The translations under genes and the position numbers were made by a program. Positions 41,076 to 55,771 of a stretch of DNA of 64,000 bases are shown one piece after another. The notes under the pieces were generated by a model. The model was not told the origin of the DNA. It did no database searches and worked only from the letters and a program-made list of their open reading frames with translations. Every line of letters begins with the position of its first letter. The first letter of the stretch is position 1. The stretch is from the human T2T-CHM13v2.0 reference genome, Homo sapiens, in the NCBI RefSeq assembly GCF_009914755.1, contig NC_060935.1. One strand, given 5' to 3'.

Positions 41076-41846
41076 GTAAGTCTGTTGTCTGCATGTCTCC
41101 CCACTAATGTGAGTCATATAGATGGAGTCTCAGGGCACGACTGGGTTTTGTGTCTCTCGTTGTTGCTTCACAGCCCTTTTGGCATCACCCATTTATTTAA
41201 CTAGGATAAAAACGAATATTGGTATAGCGATTCCACAGTTTACAAAGTGCTTTTGTATCCACTGTCTCACTTGATCAAGCAAAAGGAAACCAGAGGACCG
41301 GAGTGCTGTCCTGAGTCTACCTTGATTTGCTAGGCGACTTGAGGGAGACTTTTAGCCTCAAAGGGCCACTTAAGTGGAAATTCTAAAACAGTACCTATTC
41401 TGATCCTAACTCAAGGGAATGCTGTGAATATGCATGAGATAAAGACCTCCCAATATATGAAGAACTGGGTGATTTTTGGAGAAAGACATTATATACTCAA
41501 TTTCTTTTTTAATTAACTTTCCTTGAAAGTATTGCTTAATAGTTTTTACATTCTCCATGTAACAGACTTTCTGGATCTGGTCTTCAGTCTGTACACCAGA
41601 TGTAGATCTTTTTTACCTTCTCCTAGACCTTAAAATTCCTGGCAACATGCCTCCACCCTGGATTGGGGAATAAAAAATGAAAAGTTTTTTTTTTTTCTTT
41701 TTGACTTTAAATTTTATTAAAGTTTGAGGTTTTTCAAACTGATGTGCTTTATTTAAAATTCAAGTGAGACATTTTTAGTCTTTTTGATATTTATATTTTC
41801 TTTGTCACTATGATGTAAATTACAGGGATTTGGGGAAAATATGGGA

Positions 41847-42152
41847 TTTTTTTTTTTTTTTTTGGAGATATAGATCTCACTCTGTTGCCTAGGCTGGATG
41901 GAGTGCAGGGATGTGATCACAGCTCATCATAGTCTCGAACTCCTGGACTCAAGGGATCCTTCTGCCTCAGCCTCTCCAATAACTAGGTCTTCAGGCACAC
42001 GCCACCATGCCTAGCTAATTTTAAAATTTTTTTGTAGAGATGAGGTCTCACTATGTTGTCCAGGCTGGTCTCATCCTCCAGGCCTCAAGTGATCCTCCTG
42101 CCTTGGCCTTCCAGAGTATTGGGACTGTAGGCATGAGCCACTGTGCCTGGCC
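41847..42152 (-). mobile_element. AluJ in NNMT intron 1
   Basis: Diverged reverse-strand Alu dimer with T tail. Confidence 0.9.
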
Positions 42153-42285
42153 CAGAAAAGATGTTTTAAAAAAACATTTTGAGGGAAAAGTTGTGAACAG
42201 TAGTGGTCTGTCTTTGAGGATCGCCAGCACAGTCCCAGGGAAGACAATGTAAATTTGACTCTGCCCACTGCCATGAGATGCCTGA

Positions 42286-42525
<240 letters not shown>

Positions 42526-45239
42526 TAGAGAAACTGGTGTCTACTTCTTGGCTTTTGAAGGTACCTGAGTGATGGTTGGCAAAAGCAACAGACAGATAGG
42601 GACCAAAGAGAAATCCAAATGGAGAATGAGTGGTAACGAGAGAGCGAGAGCAAGAGAGATGAGATAGGCCCATGTGTGTGCGTGTTAGTAAATTTGTGTA
42701 TGTGCACGTGCATGTGTGCACCAGAGTAATGGAAGACACAGGGAGAGGGTTGAAGAAATGGATACTGAGCAAAGAGGAGTAAACCCCCAAATTTTCCAGG
42801 CCTTTGGGGACAAGAGCAGTGTGCAGTCAAGTACCTTGGGACCTAGGTTTAGGACAGCTGCAAGTAAAAGGCTAACCCAGCTTCTCACCAGCAGCTTTTG
42901 GATGTCAGTGCTTGTCCCTTGCCTCACTGCCATGCTGCTGTAGCCATCCAAGCCTATAGAACTTGGCTGTGAGTGTGGCTAATGCTGACATCACCAGATA
43001 CAACCAAAATCTGACTAGGTTTTTAAACTGAGGTAAGAAACATAAAGGAATTACTTGAAAAGAATTTATTAATCACCATCCATGAAAGTAGACTTTGTAT
43101 ACTCACAACTAATGGTCAAGATCTTACACTACCACATCTACATGTAAATTTATGCAAATGAATCTCATTTGTTCATGTAAATTTTAATTTCTTCCAACAC
43201 GAGAAATTGGCAATAGCCTATTAGCCAGAGGTAGCCACGCCTGCAATTCACTGTCTTTCTCATATCCTTATGCACTTCCATCTTCTGCTGATTGTCTGAC
43301 AATATCCAGTCTGTTCCCCAACTGACCATTCACTCCTGGAGCAACATTTCTCTGCTGCTATGCATATTGCTGAGACCCCACAGACTTCTTTGCAAGCTGC
43401 ATAAAAAGATGAATGTTTGCAATTATAGTATCTGCAAATAAAAATAGGTTTTGTTCTTCTATTCCAACTTTATGCTTTTTATTTATTTTTCTGCCCTTAT
43501 TATGTTGGCAAAAACTTTCAATACAATATTGAATAGAAATGATGACAGCAGACCTCTGTGCCTTATTCCATATTCTAGGATAAAAAATGTTCAATGATTT
43601 ATCATTAAGTATATTAACTATTGGTTTTTCATAGATATTATTTATCAGACTAAGTTCTGCATTCCTAGCTTTTTTGAAATTTTAATCAAATGTTGAATTT
43701 TGTCAAAATTTGTTTGCATTTATTAAGATGGTCTTATGATTTTCCTCCTGTATTCTGAAAATGTGAATTACATTGGAAAATTTTGAATGTTACACCAAAG
43801 TGGCATAAACTACTTGGTCATGAAGTATAATTGAGCTATAATTTTCTTCTAGTGTGCTTCACAAATTTTGATATCAGCATGATGCTGGCTGGAGTCATAA
43901 AATGAGTTGGGAGTGATATCCCCTCTTCTATTTTCTGAAAGAGTTTGAGTATTATTAGTATAATTTCCTTCTTAAATGATTGATAGCATTTACCAGCGAA
44001 GCCAGGTGAATCTGAAATTTTTGTGCGAGAGAAGACTTTATTAAAAACAGTATTTCTTTAATGGTTACTTGGATTTTCCGTTTGTTCTTTTGTCTGTTTT
44101 GGTAAGTGATACTTTTCAAGAAGTTTGTCCTTTTTATCTTGGTTGTCAACTTTATTGGCATTTTTTTTTTTTACAATATCCTTTTAATACCTTATTATGT
44201 CTGTAGGATCTGTAGTGATCTCTCCTCTTTCATTCTTGATATTGGTAATTTGTCTTGTTTTCTTTCTGTTGTCTTGATCAACCTTGCTACAGATTGATCA
44301 TTTTATTAATCTTTTCCAAAAACCAACTTTTGGCTATGTTGATTTTTCTCTATTGTCTGTCCATTTTCTATTTCATTGCTTTCTGCTCTTATTTTTGATC
44401 ACTTTCTTTCTTCTAGTTATTTTAATTTTAATTCTTTTCTAGTTTACTTTATTTTTTTCTAGCTTTCTAAAATGTCTTGTTTTTAATTCTTCTTTTAGCT
44501 TCTTAAGTTGGAAACTTATATCATTTATTTCACATATCTCTTTTTCTAATGTAGGCATTTAATGCTGCAAATTTCCTTTAGCACTGTTTTAACTGCATCC
44601 CATGATTCTTGTATGTGGTATTTTTATTATTTTCAAATTCAGCATATTGTCTCATTTCCTTTGTAATTTCTTTTTTGACCATGAATTATTTAGAATTATG
44701 TTGCTTAATTTCCAAAGTATTGGGATTTTTCTAGCTATCTTATTGTTATTGCTTTCAAATTAAATTTTGTTGTAGTCAGAGATTTATTTTGTGGCTCTGC
44801 ATATGGTCTATCTCAGTAAACGTTCTATGTGCTTTCTACATTGAAAAGAGTGTATATTGTTCAGTTGTAGATATAGTTTCTATAAATATCAATTAAGTCA
44901 GGCAGGTTGATAGTATCATTCAAATTTTCTACATCCTTACTGACGTTTTGTTTACTTTCTCTGTCAATTACTGAGAGAGAGTGTTAATGTCTCAAACTAT
45001 GATTGTTGATTTATCCTTTGCTCCCTATAGTTCTGTCAACATTTGCTATATGCATTTTGACACTTGTTTTTAGCTCTGTTATATACATTTTTAGGATTGT
45101 TATGTCTTCTTGATGAACTGACCACTTTACCATTGTGAAATATCTCCCTTTATTTCCAGCAATGTATTTGTCTTGAAGTCTACTTTTTCTGATGTTAATA
45201 TAGCTACATCACCCTTCCTATGCTTGCTGTTTTGCATGG

Positions 45240-46400
45240 TGTGGTGGGCAGCCTCTAAGATGGCCCCCAATAATCCTTGTGTCAGTATTTTCACCTTTGT
45301 GTAATCCCCTTCCCTAGAATATCCACTGGATTTAGTGATTCAGTACTGACAAGTTTGGTAGAATGCAGCATAGTGATGGGATATCAATTGTGATATTAAA
45401 TTAAAAGGACTACAGCACCACTACACACCTATTAGATCTAGGCCAGAATCTGGAAGACTGACAACACCAAATGCTGATGAGGCTGTGGGGAAAGAGGAAC
45501 TCTTATTTATTGTTCGTGGGAATTAAAAATGGTGTAGCCACTTTGGAAGACAATTCGACTATTCCTTGCAAAACTATTCAATCTAGCAGTTGCACTCCTT
45601 GGTATGTAACCCAGAAAGCTGCATGTATTACACTCCTCAGTATGTAACCCAAAAAGCTGTGGTATGTCTACACAAAAAGCTGCACACAGATGTTTATAGT
45701 AGCTATATTCATAATTGCCAAAAATTGGAAGCAACCAAGATGTCTTTCAGTAAGCGAATGAATAAATAAACTGTGGTACATTTAGACAATGGAATAATAT
45801 CCAGTGCTAAAAAGAAATGAGCTATCAAGCCACGAAAAGACATGGAGGAAATGTAAATACAATTACTAATTGAAAGAAGCCAATCTTAAAAGGCTACATG
45901 TATGATTCCAACTATATGACATTCTGGAAAATGCAAAACTAGGGAAGAAGTAAAGAAGATAAGTGGTTGCTAGGGGTCGGGGAGGGAGAGATAAATAGGT
46001 GGAGTATAGAGGATTTTTTAGAGCAGTGAGACTACTCTGTACAGTACTATAATGGTGGACACATGTCATTATATATTTGTCCAAATCCATGGAATGTACA
46101 ATACCAAGAGTGAATCTTAACGTAGATTACAGACTTTGGGTGATAATGGTATGCCAATGTAGGCCTTCTGCTTGATTTTGCGGTGAACCTAATATTGCTG
46201 TAAAAAACAAAATCAATTTTTAAAAAATGACAGCTTTTTATTGGGTATTCTGTCTCTATCTCACTCTCTTGTCCTGGGGAGTGAGCTTGGAACCAAATTT
46301 CCCCCAGTTGAACCAGAAAAAACAGAGAAATAAGTGTTTGTCATTTTTAGCTGCTAAATTTTGGGGATAATTTATCCTGCAGTTACATATAACTAATATA
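45240..46400 (+). mobile_element. MLT1F-like LTR split by a sense L1MB 3' fragment (~45415-46227)
   Basis: Starts TGTGGTGGGCAGCCTCTAAGATGGCCCCCAA, ends ataactaatata; imperfect TSD CATGG/CATGA; interior is L1 3' end (aattggaagcaaccaagatgtc...aaggctacatgtatgattccaactatatgacattctgg). Confidence 0.75.
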
Positions 46401-47075
46401 CATGATATATCTACATATCTTTTTCTACCCTTCTGTTTTCAGATTATGTTTTCTCTTTTTAATCCAGACTGACAATTTCTGCCTCTAACTGGATTGTTTA
46501 GTCCATTTACATTTAATGTAATTACTAATATTACAGGGTTGAATTTAAATCTACCATCTTGGTATATGATTTCTATCTGTCCCATCTGATTGTTGTTCAC
46601 CTGTGTCTTTCTTCCTGTTTTCCCTTGGTGAATGCAGTAATTTTTAGTATTCCATTTAGTATAAGTGTACATATTTTTAGTATTTATTTTTTATCTCCCC
46701 TGTTAACCTCTTCTGTGTCTTGTGTGAGTTTGTGTGGTTTTTCTAGGAATTGCAATATGCATCCTTGACATATCTATTGTCTCATGAAGGATGTAAGATA
46801 TTCCAAAAGTGTAATTTCCTTAACCGACTTTCCTGGCCCTTATGTTCTTGTCATGTATTTTATTTCTATGTATAACACTATAATACATATATTGTTATTA
46901 GTTTTGCTTTAGTTAGTAGTGATTTTATTTATTTTTATTGTCTTATTTTTAATTTTGATTTTTAAAATAAAATTTACCATCTTTACTATGTTTAAGTGTT
47001 AGTTGAATAGTGTTAAGTATAGTCACATAAGTCAGTATACAGTTTTAAACAATGTATATAACAATATATATTAAA

Positions 47076-47448
47076 CATAGGAATTTTGGACTGAATGTTT
47101 TTATCCCTCCCTCCCAATTTCTGTGTTGAAATCCTAACCCCCTTATGATGGTATTAAGAGGTCGGGGCTTTGAAAGGTCATTAGGTCATGGAGGTGGAGA
47201 CTTCATGAATGGGATTAGTGCCCTTATAAAAGGAACCCCATAGAGCTCTCTAGCTCTCCTTCTGCCATATAAAGGTACAATGAGAAGTCAGCTGTCTGTG
47301 GCCCAGAAGAGTCCTCATCAGACCCTGACCAGGCTGGCATCCTAATCTCAGACTTCCAGCCTTTAGAATTGTAGGAAATAAATTTCTGTTGTTTATGAGC
47401 CACCCAGTCTATGGTATTCTGTTACAGGAGCCCAAACTAACTAAGGCT
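47076..47448 (+). mobile_element. MLT1A-type MaLR LTR
   Basis: ggactgaatgttt...gttgaaatcctaacccc...catgaatgggattagtgcccttataaaag...gacttccagcct...aataaatttctgttgttta...aactaagg. Confidence 0.8.
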
Positions 47449-48096
47449 ATATTATGCATATATTTAAGATCTTTTATATTTACCCACATATCTTTCTTCT
47501 CTAGTGTTTTTCATTCCTTTCCCAAGATCTGTTCTTCTGTTTGGCATCATTTTCCTTCACCTGAAGAACTTATTTTAGTATTAGTTATAATGCAGTTCTG
47601 CTGGAGACAAATTCTCTTAACTTATCAAGTCGGGTAAAAAGTTAGTAATTGTTTTCCTCCCTGCTAACTTGAGGAATTTAACAATTTTTGATAACCAAAG
47701 TCCCCTGGCATCTCTCTTACCAGTATTTATTATTGAAATCTGAGATTTTAAAGTTCAAATATTGTAATTTAAAGTATTATTTTTATATTTTCTTTCAAGA
47801 TCAGTTTGGACATTTGCTTTTGGTTTGTAATCAAATTTAGAATTATTTGGACATATTTGGTGCTCATTTTATACAATTTTTCTAGATATTGAGTCTTTAA
47901 TTTTGGTTCATCTGTCAACTGAATAGATCTTCAAATATTTATTTCAAGAGGAACATACAGTGACGTGTTTTCTAAGTCCATGCATATATGAGAATGTATT
48001 TTGTCACTCTTACACATGAACAAAATCATAAAATTGTTTAAATATTGCCCCACTTTTTTTCTGACATGTAGTAAGAAGTTGAGAGAGGCTATTCTA

Positions 48097-48289
48097 TTTT
48101 TTTTAGACAGGGTCTTGCTCTGTCACCCACACTGGGGTGCAGTGGTGAGATCTCACTGTAGCCTTGACCTCCTGGGCTCAGGTGATTTCCCACCTTAGCC
48201 TCCTGAGTAGCTGGGACTACAGGTCCACACTGCCATAGCTGGCTAATTTTTTGTAGAGATGGGAGTTTTGCTCTGTTGCCCAGGCCGGT
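48097..48289 (-). mobile_element. Partial AluJ
   Basis: agacagggtcttgctctgtcaccc...gacctcctgggctcaggtgat. Confidence 0.8.
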
Positions 48290-49058
48290 GAGAGCCTATT
48301 TTCATATGCATTTTAACCTGTATACCCCTGACTTAGAATTTTATATTGGCTATAGCCTTCAAAGTGGGGCTATATTCTTCAATATAAAAATAATTTCATA
48401 CACCTTTTTTTTCTGTTGACTATGTGATTCTACAGAATGAAATTGATATTAACTAGAAACAATTGCAGCTATGACAATTTGGACAATATCTAAAGTTATT
48501 TAGTAAATAAGGAAATTCCCAGGGTTTGTAGAATCTCAGGGAAACTTTGTAATAAGTAAATAAATCTTCAGTCACTGTTAGACAACACACCTTGCCAAAG
48601 TCCAAATCATCTGTCAAGAAGGCCTTTGAAACTTTGTTCTCACTTTCTGTATCCACCACCGGCCTTTCCATCTCATTCAAAAATAAACCCTTACAATCTA
48701 GCAGGATAGTAAAAGCATTACTTATCTCACACCTGAAATGTCAGCTTGGAACAACTAGCTCTTGAGACACTGTCCCCTCCCAATCACTCTGTTGGACATT
48801 GCATTTTTGGCAGTAAATTTCTGCATTCTTATCCTTATCCTTGTGCTAGATCCTGTGGCTTTAATTATTTTAAGAATGATAATGATCCTATGCAACTCAT
48901 GTCTTTCCTGCATCTTCAAGTAGCTTTATCAACCTACAACCTATTTCCTTCAAGATGATTTCTTCTTTATCTGAAGTTTTTTCTTGTGCTAAAGGCTGCC
49001 AAAGACGTATGTACTGTCTCCTGTTCTTCTACCTCTGCATTTAAATACCACTCATTTT

Positions 49059-49236
49059 AAATTAGCTGGCCATAGTGGTGCACACCCGTATTCCCAGCTA
49101 CTGGGGAGGCTGAGGAGAGAGGATCACTTGAGCTTGGGAGATCGAGGCTGCAGTGAGCTGTGGTCACATTCCAGACTGGCTGGCAGAGTGACACTCTGTC
49201 TCAAAAATAATAAAAAATAATAATAAAAATAAATAA
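49059..49236 (+). mobile_element. Alu right monomer (FRAM/AluJ-like)
   Basis: aaattagctggcc...gaggatcacttgagc...gaggctgcagtgagc plus A-rich tail. Confidence 0.8.
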
Positions 49237-49710
49237 CCCTCATTTTTACAACTATCCAAAAAAGTTTTAAGAAAGTCAAACACTAAGATACAATTACTCA
49301 AGCTTATACAATGAACAGAGGAAAATGAGCTCTTTCCTTAAGAAATTGTAGAAGCTGCATTACTTAACCTATGGTTCCTGGAACTTGGAATGCATAGCTT
49401 AGGCTTGTGGTCCCTGGACTAGTAGTTTGACAACACGTGGGAGCTTTTAGAAATGCAGGCTGTCAGGCCCCACTAGCTACCTACAGAATCAGAACCTTCA
49501 CTGTAAGATCTGCTAAGGGTGGTATGCACATTACAGTAGAAGAAGCACTGGTGTCTGGAGCAGGGCTTCCCTCTAGGTGTGCCAGGGCACACACACAGGT
49601 GGGTGGGAATCAGTTGCAGGCATGCTGTCCAAGCTGTTTTCCTTGGCCCTCTTGACAGCAGGTGGGGCATGGACCACCTCCTGGTTGCCTCTGTAGAGAG
49701 TGGCTCCTCC

Positions 49711-51153
49711 TTTTTTTTTTTTTAATTTTTTATTATACTTTAAGTTCTAGGGTACATGTGCACAACGTGCAGGTTTGTTACTTATGTATACATGTGCCAT
49801 GTTGGTGTGCTGCACCCATTAACTCGTCATTTACATTAGGTATATCTCCTAATGCTATCCATGCCCCCTCCCCCCACCCCACGACAGGCCCCGGTGTGTG
49901 ATGTTCCCCACCCTGTATCCAAGTGTTCTCATTGTTCAATTCCCACCTATGAGTGAGAACGTGTGGTGTTTGGTTTTCTGTCCTTGAGATAGTTTGCTCA
50001 GAATGATGGTTTCCAGCTTCATCCATGTCCCTACAAAGGACATGAACTCATCATTTTTTATGGCTGCATAGTATTCCATGGTGTATATGTGCCACATTTT
50101 CTTAATCCAGTCTATCATTGTTGGACATTTGGGTTGGTTCCAAGTCTTTGCTATTGTGAATAGTGCCACAATAAACATATGTGTGCATGTGTCTTTATAG
50201 CAGCATGATTTATAATCCTTTGGGTATATACCCAGTAATGGGATGGCTGGGTCAAATGGTATTTCTAGTTCTAGATCCCTGAGGAATCACCACACTGACT
50301 TCCACAATGGTTGAACTAGTTTACAGTCCCACCAACAATGTAAAAGTGTTCCTATTTCTCCACATCCTCTCCAGCACCTGTTGTTTCCTGACTTTTTAAT
50401 GATCACCATTCTAAGTGGTGTGAGATGGTGTCTCATTGTGGTTTTGATTTGCATTTCTCTGATGACCAGTGATGATGAGCATTTTTTCATGTGTCTGTTG
50501 GCTGCATAAATGTCTTCTTTTGAGAAGTGTCTGTTCATATCCTTTGCCCACTTTTTGATGGGGTTGTTTGATTTTTTCTTGTAAATTTGTTTAAGTTCTT
50601 TGTAGATTCTGGATATTAGCCCTTTGTCAGATGGGTAGATTGTAAAATTTCTCTCCCATTCTGTAGGTTGCCTGTTCACTCTGATGCTAGTTTCTTTTGC
50701 TGGCAGAAGCTCTTTAATTTAATTAGATCTCATTTGTTAATTTTGGCTTTTGTTGCTATTGCTTTTGGTGTTTTAGACATGAAGTCCTTGCCCATGCCTA
50801 TGGCCTGAATGGTATTCCCTAGGTTTTCTTCTAGGGTTTTTATGGTTTTAGATCTAACATTTAAGTCTTTAATCCATCTTGAATTAATTTTTGCATAAGG
50901 TGTAAGGAAGGGATCCAGTTTCAACTTTCTACATATGGCTAGCCAGTTTTCCCAGCACCATTTATTAAATAGGGAATCCTTTCCCTATTTCTTGTTTTTG
51001 TCAGGTTTGTCAAAGATGAGATGGTTGTAGATGTGTGGTATTATTTCTGAGGGCTCTGTTCTGTTCCATTGTTCTACATTTCTGTTTTGGTACCAGTACC
51101 ATGCTGTTTTGGTTACTGTAGCCTTGTAGTACAGTTTGAAGTCAGGTAGTGTG
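49711..51153 (-). mobile_element. L1PA (primate L1), 5'-truncated, ~1.44 kb, antisense in NNMT intron 2
   Basis: Minus-strand ORF2 C-terminal peptides ([24 protein letters not shown]; KLDPFLTPY; HLTP...[26 protein letters not shown]), L1 3' UTR, poly-T, TSD CTCCTC(C/T)T. ORF2 is broken across frames. Confidence 0.96.
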
Positions 51154-51559
51154 CTCCTCTTAACCTCAGCATACCTGACAGAAGAAAGCTTAGGCCCCTG
51201 TCGAGGTGGCAGTTCTCTGAGGTAAATGCTCTCTGTGCAAAGACCTCCATTTCTATTTAAAAAGATGTTTGTATGTTGTCCAAAAATAGACACAGTTGTG
51301 CCAAATGTGTTCCACAAACTAGTGAACCACTTCTATTCCAAAGCATCTCTGGACTTTCACAGCTTGCAAAAGGATATTGATAAGCTTTTTCAAAACCAGG
51401 ATCTTGATGATCATGATGATTGTTTCAGTGATACCTAGGAAACATTCCCGCCTTTTACAAGGATGCCTCTCTCTTAAATAGGTGCTCTTGCCACCTTATC
51501 GCCCCAGGAAAATTCACAGGGCAGGTTAAGAAACCTTCAACTAGCTATTTCCTCAATTG

Positions 51560-52500
51560 TAAACATTTCTACTCACAGGTCTCAGAGCACTTCAAACTCA
51601 GTGTGTCCAAAACAGAGCTACCATCTGCTCCAGATCTGCTTTATTTCTGGTATTCTTAGCTCCTTGAATGGCACCATCATATAATAAATTGGACAAGCCA
51701 GAAGCTGGAAGTCAATTTGTCCTTTCCCTCTCTGTCATGTTCCATATCTAACTTAACATCAAGCTCTGTCCATTTTACTTCCTGACTTCCTCTGTAACCC
51801 ATTTCTTCCCGTGTTTACCATCACCTGGTCTCAGCTACCCCTGTCTCCCTCCTGACTGGCCTCCCACTTCCACTCTTGCCCCTCCACTCAATTCTTCTCT
51901 GTTCTGCAGCCCAAGTGACCCTCTCAAAATGTAAATCTGATCATGTCACTCTCCTCCTTAGTGCTCCCTAGTGACTCTCCAGAGCTTTTGGAATGAAAAG
52001 CAAAATTCCTGTCATGGTCCACAAAGCCCTGCCTAGTCTGGCTCCTGCCAACCTATTTCCCCACAATCCAGCCACGTTGGCTCTCTCCTCCTGTGTTTCC
52101 TGCCACCACGTGGCCTTTGCACTTGCGGTTTCCTCTTACTGGAATTTCCTCCCGCCCTCCCTGCTTGCTTCAGTCTGGTTAACTCCTACATATTTATCCT
52201 CTATATCTCTGCTTGCCCGACTCCTTTTTGGAGGAGCTTTTCCTGATCCTCTAGGTCAAGGGGAGCTCCCAACATCTCCCCATTAGTGCCATGCTCCTTT
52301 CCTTCCTTGCATTTGTCAGTTTTAATTTCCACTCCTATGAGTGATCACTGGGTTAATGCTTTCTCCCGCCACCCACCCGTCTACAATCTCCATGAGGTTA
52401 GAATCTGTTTCTCATTTGTTCATCCTTGTGTCCCCAGTGCCCAGCCTATTTCCTGAACATAGTAGAGGTTCAAAACATATTTGGAAAATACATGAATACT
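51560..52500. mobile_element. L2 remnant
   Basis: caaactcagtgtgtccaaaacagagct; aatggcaccatc; aaatgtaaatctgatcatgtcactctcct; ggcctttgcacttgcggtttcctct. Boundaries approximate. Confidence 0.7.
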
Positions 52501-53967
52501 CACATTTTGCTTTTCAGACTTTTCCTCCTAGAATATCATTCACCTGATTCGGGTGTGGGGTGTGGTCTCTGTCAAAGATGCACTAATGATTGTTCCTTGC
52601 CCGTACAATTCTCACAGTGACCTCCACGCTTACTTAGCCTTGATTTCCTTGACCTGTTTTGATGGTTCTTTCTCAGGAGAGCCTGCAGGAACTTCTGAGG
52701 ATGGGGCTTTGGGGATGTGAGGACAATGGAAAACAGCTTGTCAGGGAGATACTGATGCACTGCCAGCCTTGCTGAGACAGGGCAGGAGGAACCGCCTCTA
52801 AATCTCAGGATAGTTCACCTGGAATGTGGGAAGACATTCTCAGAAAGGGTTCTTCCCGGGGCCCTCCTCTTCATCCTTTCTTGCCTCCCTCCCTTCCTCC
52901 CCATACCCCTCAGGCTTTTATAGATGCATATTTACAGAGGACAGGGCTACCTTTTTTTGCATATTGATTCTTTTGAAAGGGCAGACCTTTAGAACTAAAG
53001 AAATGACCACACCGCTGTTAGCTTTCTGCAAAACAGCATAGCACTTTCCCGGTGTGTGTTTATTACCTACCCCATGAGCTAAACATGAGGCAAAGTAGTA
53101 ATTGGCTGGGTCTCTGGTGAGTCCATTTCCCTGCGTTGCCCCGAGGTGTATGCAGGCTTTACACAGCTACCTTGGCAACTGACTTCCCCAATGTTTGCTG
53201 TGTGTCCAAGGACAAGCAGGGATCTATGACACTGGGTGTTTCTAGCAAATTTCCCTCTCAAATTGGCACATTCTCTGTGAGCTTTGGAGACTTCACAGTG
53301 TGGCTCACAGTTTGGGAACAATTTGCATCATCATCTGACTGGTAAGTTCCAGTTCTGTGGTAACTCAAGTGTTTCAAATAGCTTAATACGCAATAGGGCA
53401 CGGAGGTTCGTTCTGCTTCTGTTGGAATCAAACACACATTTCCACAATGTTCCCGTTATACAGGATCATCCCGAAACACATCCCCCAGAACACTATGTTG
53501 TCACTACTCTACCTTTTGATATACACTTTATTATTATTCCTATGTGCAGATAGGTTACTTAAGTTTTTCTGTTCTAGATTAGTTTGTCTATTCAAATACA
53601 TGTTTCTCACACACTTCTACAGTGTTTTTCTTTTTGTTGTTATTCTTAAAGTGTTCTATGAAAACTTCCATGTTGTATCAAGGCTGGGTGGTAGCTTTGT
53701 AACTAGTTTCCCACCTTAGAATGACTGTCTGCTTTGTCCAGGACTGCAAGGGGGACTTAGAATATGGGATTTTTCAGTGCTAAAACTAGAAAAGTCTGAG
53801 ACAAATCAGGACAAAGTGGTCACCCTGCTACCATTTCTAGCCTTGATAAAGGAGCAGGTAGACCCAACCAAGGATAATTTTTGTTTTCTATGTAGATACC
53901 AGTTTAGTGGTTGGTAGGAATTCCCCCAAATCAACACCTTGCTAAGCTCATCTCTCTCTCTCTCTCT

Positions 53968-54755
53968 TTTAATATAACAGCTTATTGAGATAAAACTCAC
54001 ATACCATACAATTAATGCACCCATTTAAATTGCGAAATTCAGTAGTTTTTAGTATACTTTCAGAGTTGTGCAACCTTCATCACAATCAATTTTACAACAT
54101 TTTCATAATTCTCAAAAGAAATCCTGTACCCATTAGCAGCCACTCCCATTTCTCTCCAAATCCCTCAGCTCCTGGCAACCACTGGTCTGCTTTCAGTCTC
54201 TGTAGCTTTGCCTTTTCTGGACATTTCATATAAATGGAATCATACAATATGTGGCCTTTTGGTTCTGGCTTTTTTCATTTAGCCTGTGTCTAGAAGGTCC
54301 ATCCATGTTGTAGCATGTGTCAGAATTTCATTTCTTTTTGTTGCCAAATAATATTCCATTATATGTATATATCACATTTTATTTACCTATTCAGAAGTTG
54401 ACGGTTGCATTGTTTGCACCTTTTAGCTGTTTATAAACATTCATTACAAGTTTTTGTATGTATATATGTTTTCATTTCTCTTGGGTATATACCTAGACAG
54501 ATTTCCTGGGTCATGTGGTAACTCTATATTTAACCTTTTAAGGAACTGCCAGACTGTTTTCCAAAGTAACTGGACTATTTTACATTGTCAGCAGCAGTGT
54601 ATGTAGGTTCCAGTTTCTGCAAATCCTTGCCAACACTTGGTATTATCTGTCTTTTTTATTATAGCCGTCATAGTGATGTGAAGTGGTATCTCATGGTTTT
54701 GATTTGCATTTCTCTGATGACTGACAATGTTGAGCATCTTTTCATCTGCTAATTG
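53968..54755 (-). mobile_element. L1MB-type 3' fragment
   Basis: cagcttattgagataaaactcacataccatacaatt...ggacatttcatataaatggaatcatacaatatgtgg...ggtttttgatttgcatttctctgatg-type antisense L1 3' end. Confidence 0.85.
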
Positions 54756-55412
54756 CTAAGCTCCTTAAATGGAAAATTATAGGAAGCATAAAGCATGTTT
54801 GCAAAGAAGTGATTATATTCGCTAGGATTAAGATTTTAAGTGAATATTTAAGATGCCCATGACTAGTGTCCACTCTCTCGAATCAAGTTTTATTTAAACC
54901 ATTGACTTTTCCTCATAACTGGAAATGGTCCCAGTGAAAGTCTCCCTCACTTGCTGGAATGTGGGGCCATCTCTGCTGTCTGTCAAGCCTTGATGCCCAA
55001 GTGGCCATTTTCTCCTGGAGTCTGCATCAGATGGTAGAGTGTGTGTTTCCTGAGTGTGAGACTGGATCTGCTCCACAATGCTTTGCTGGTTAACTCCTTC
55101 CAAGAGTGCAATACCCAGGGGTCACTCCTACTCTTAGTGCTCTGGGGCCTGGGCCCTTAACACACTCAATGTTTCTTCCCCTTTTCTCACTTATCTGATC
55201 TTCTGCTACTTCTTTCTCCTTTGTCCGCCCCTGCTCTCTGGTTTCTCTTGTACACTCTGTTTATTTAATTTTGATCATTTGTTTGTTTGTTCCTTTCTTC
55301 CTCCTTTAACAAATTCAAATAGGATACAAGCCACTCTGTCCCATCTCCTGCCCTTGCCTTCTCTTCTTTCATTCTTTTATTAACTGATTTTTCTCTTGAG
55401 AAATCACCACTG

Positions 55413-55771
<359 letters not shown>

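Larger units (their letters stand above)
43420..48090 (-). mobile_element. Old antisense L1M remnant in intron 2 with nested elements
   Basis: Antisense L1 ORF2-like motifs (caatacaatattgaatagaaatgatg; cataaaatgagttggg; ccaaaaaccaacttttgg; gtccatttacatttaatgtaatt). Boundaries approximate. Confidence 0.7.

Noticed and set aside
49711-51153. Active L1 or functional ORF2
   Set aside because: Only ~1.4 kb of the 3' end is present, ORF2 is fragmented over several frames, and there is no 5' UTR or ORF1.
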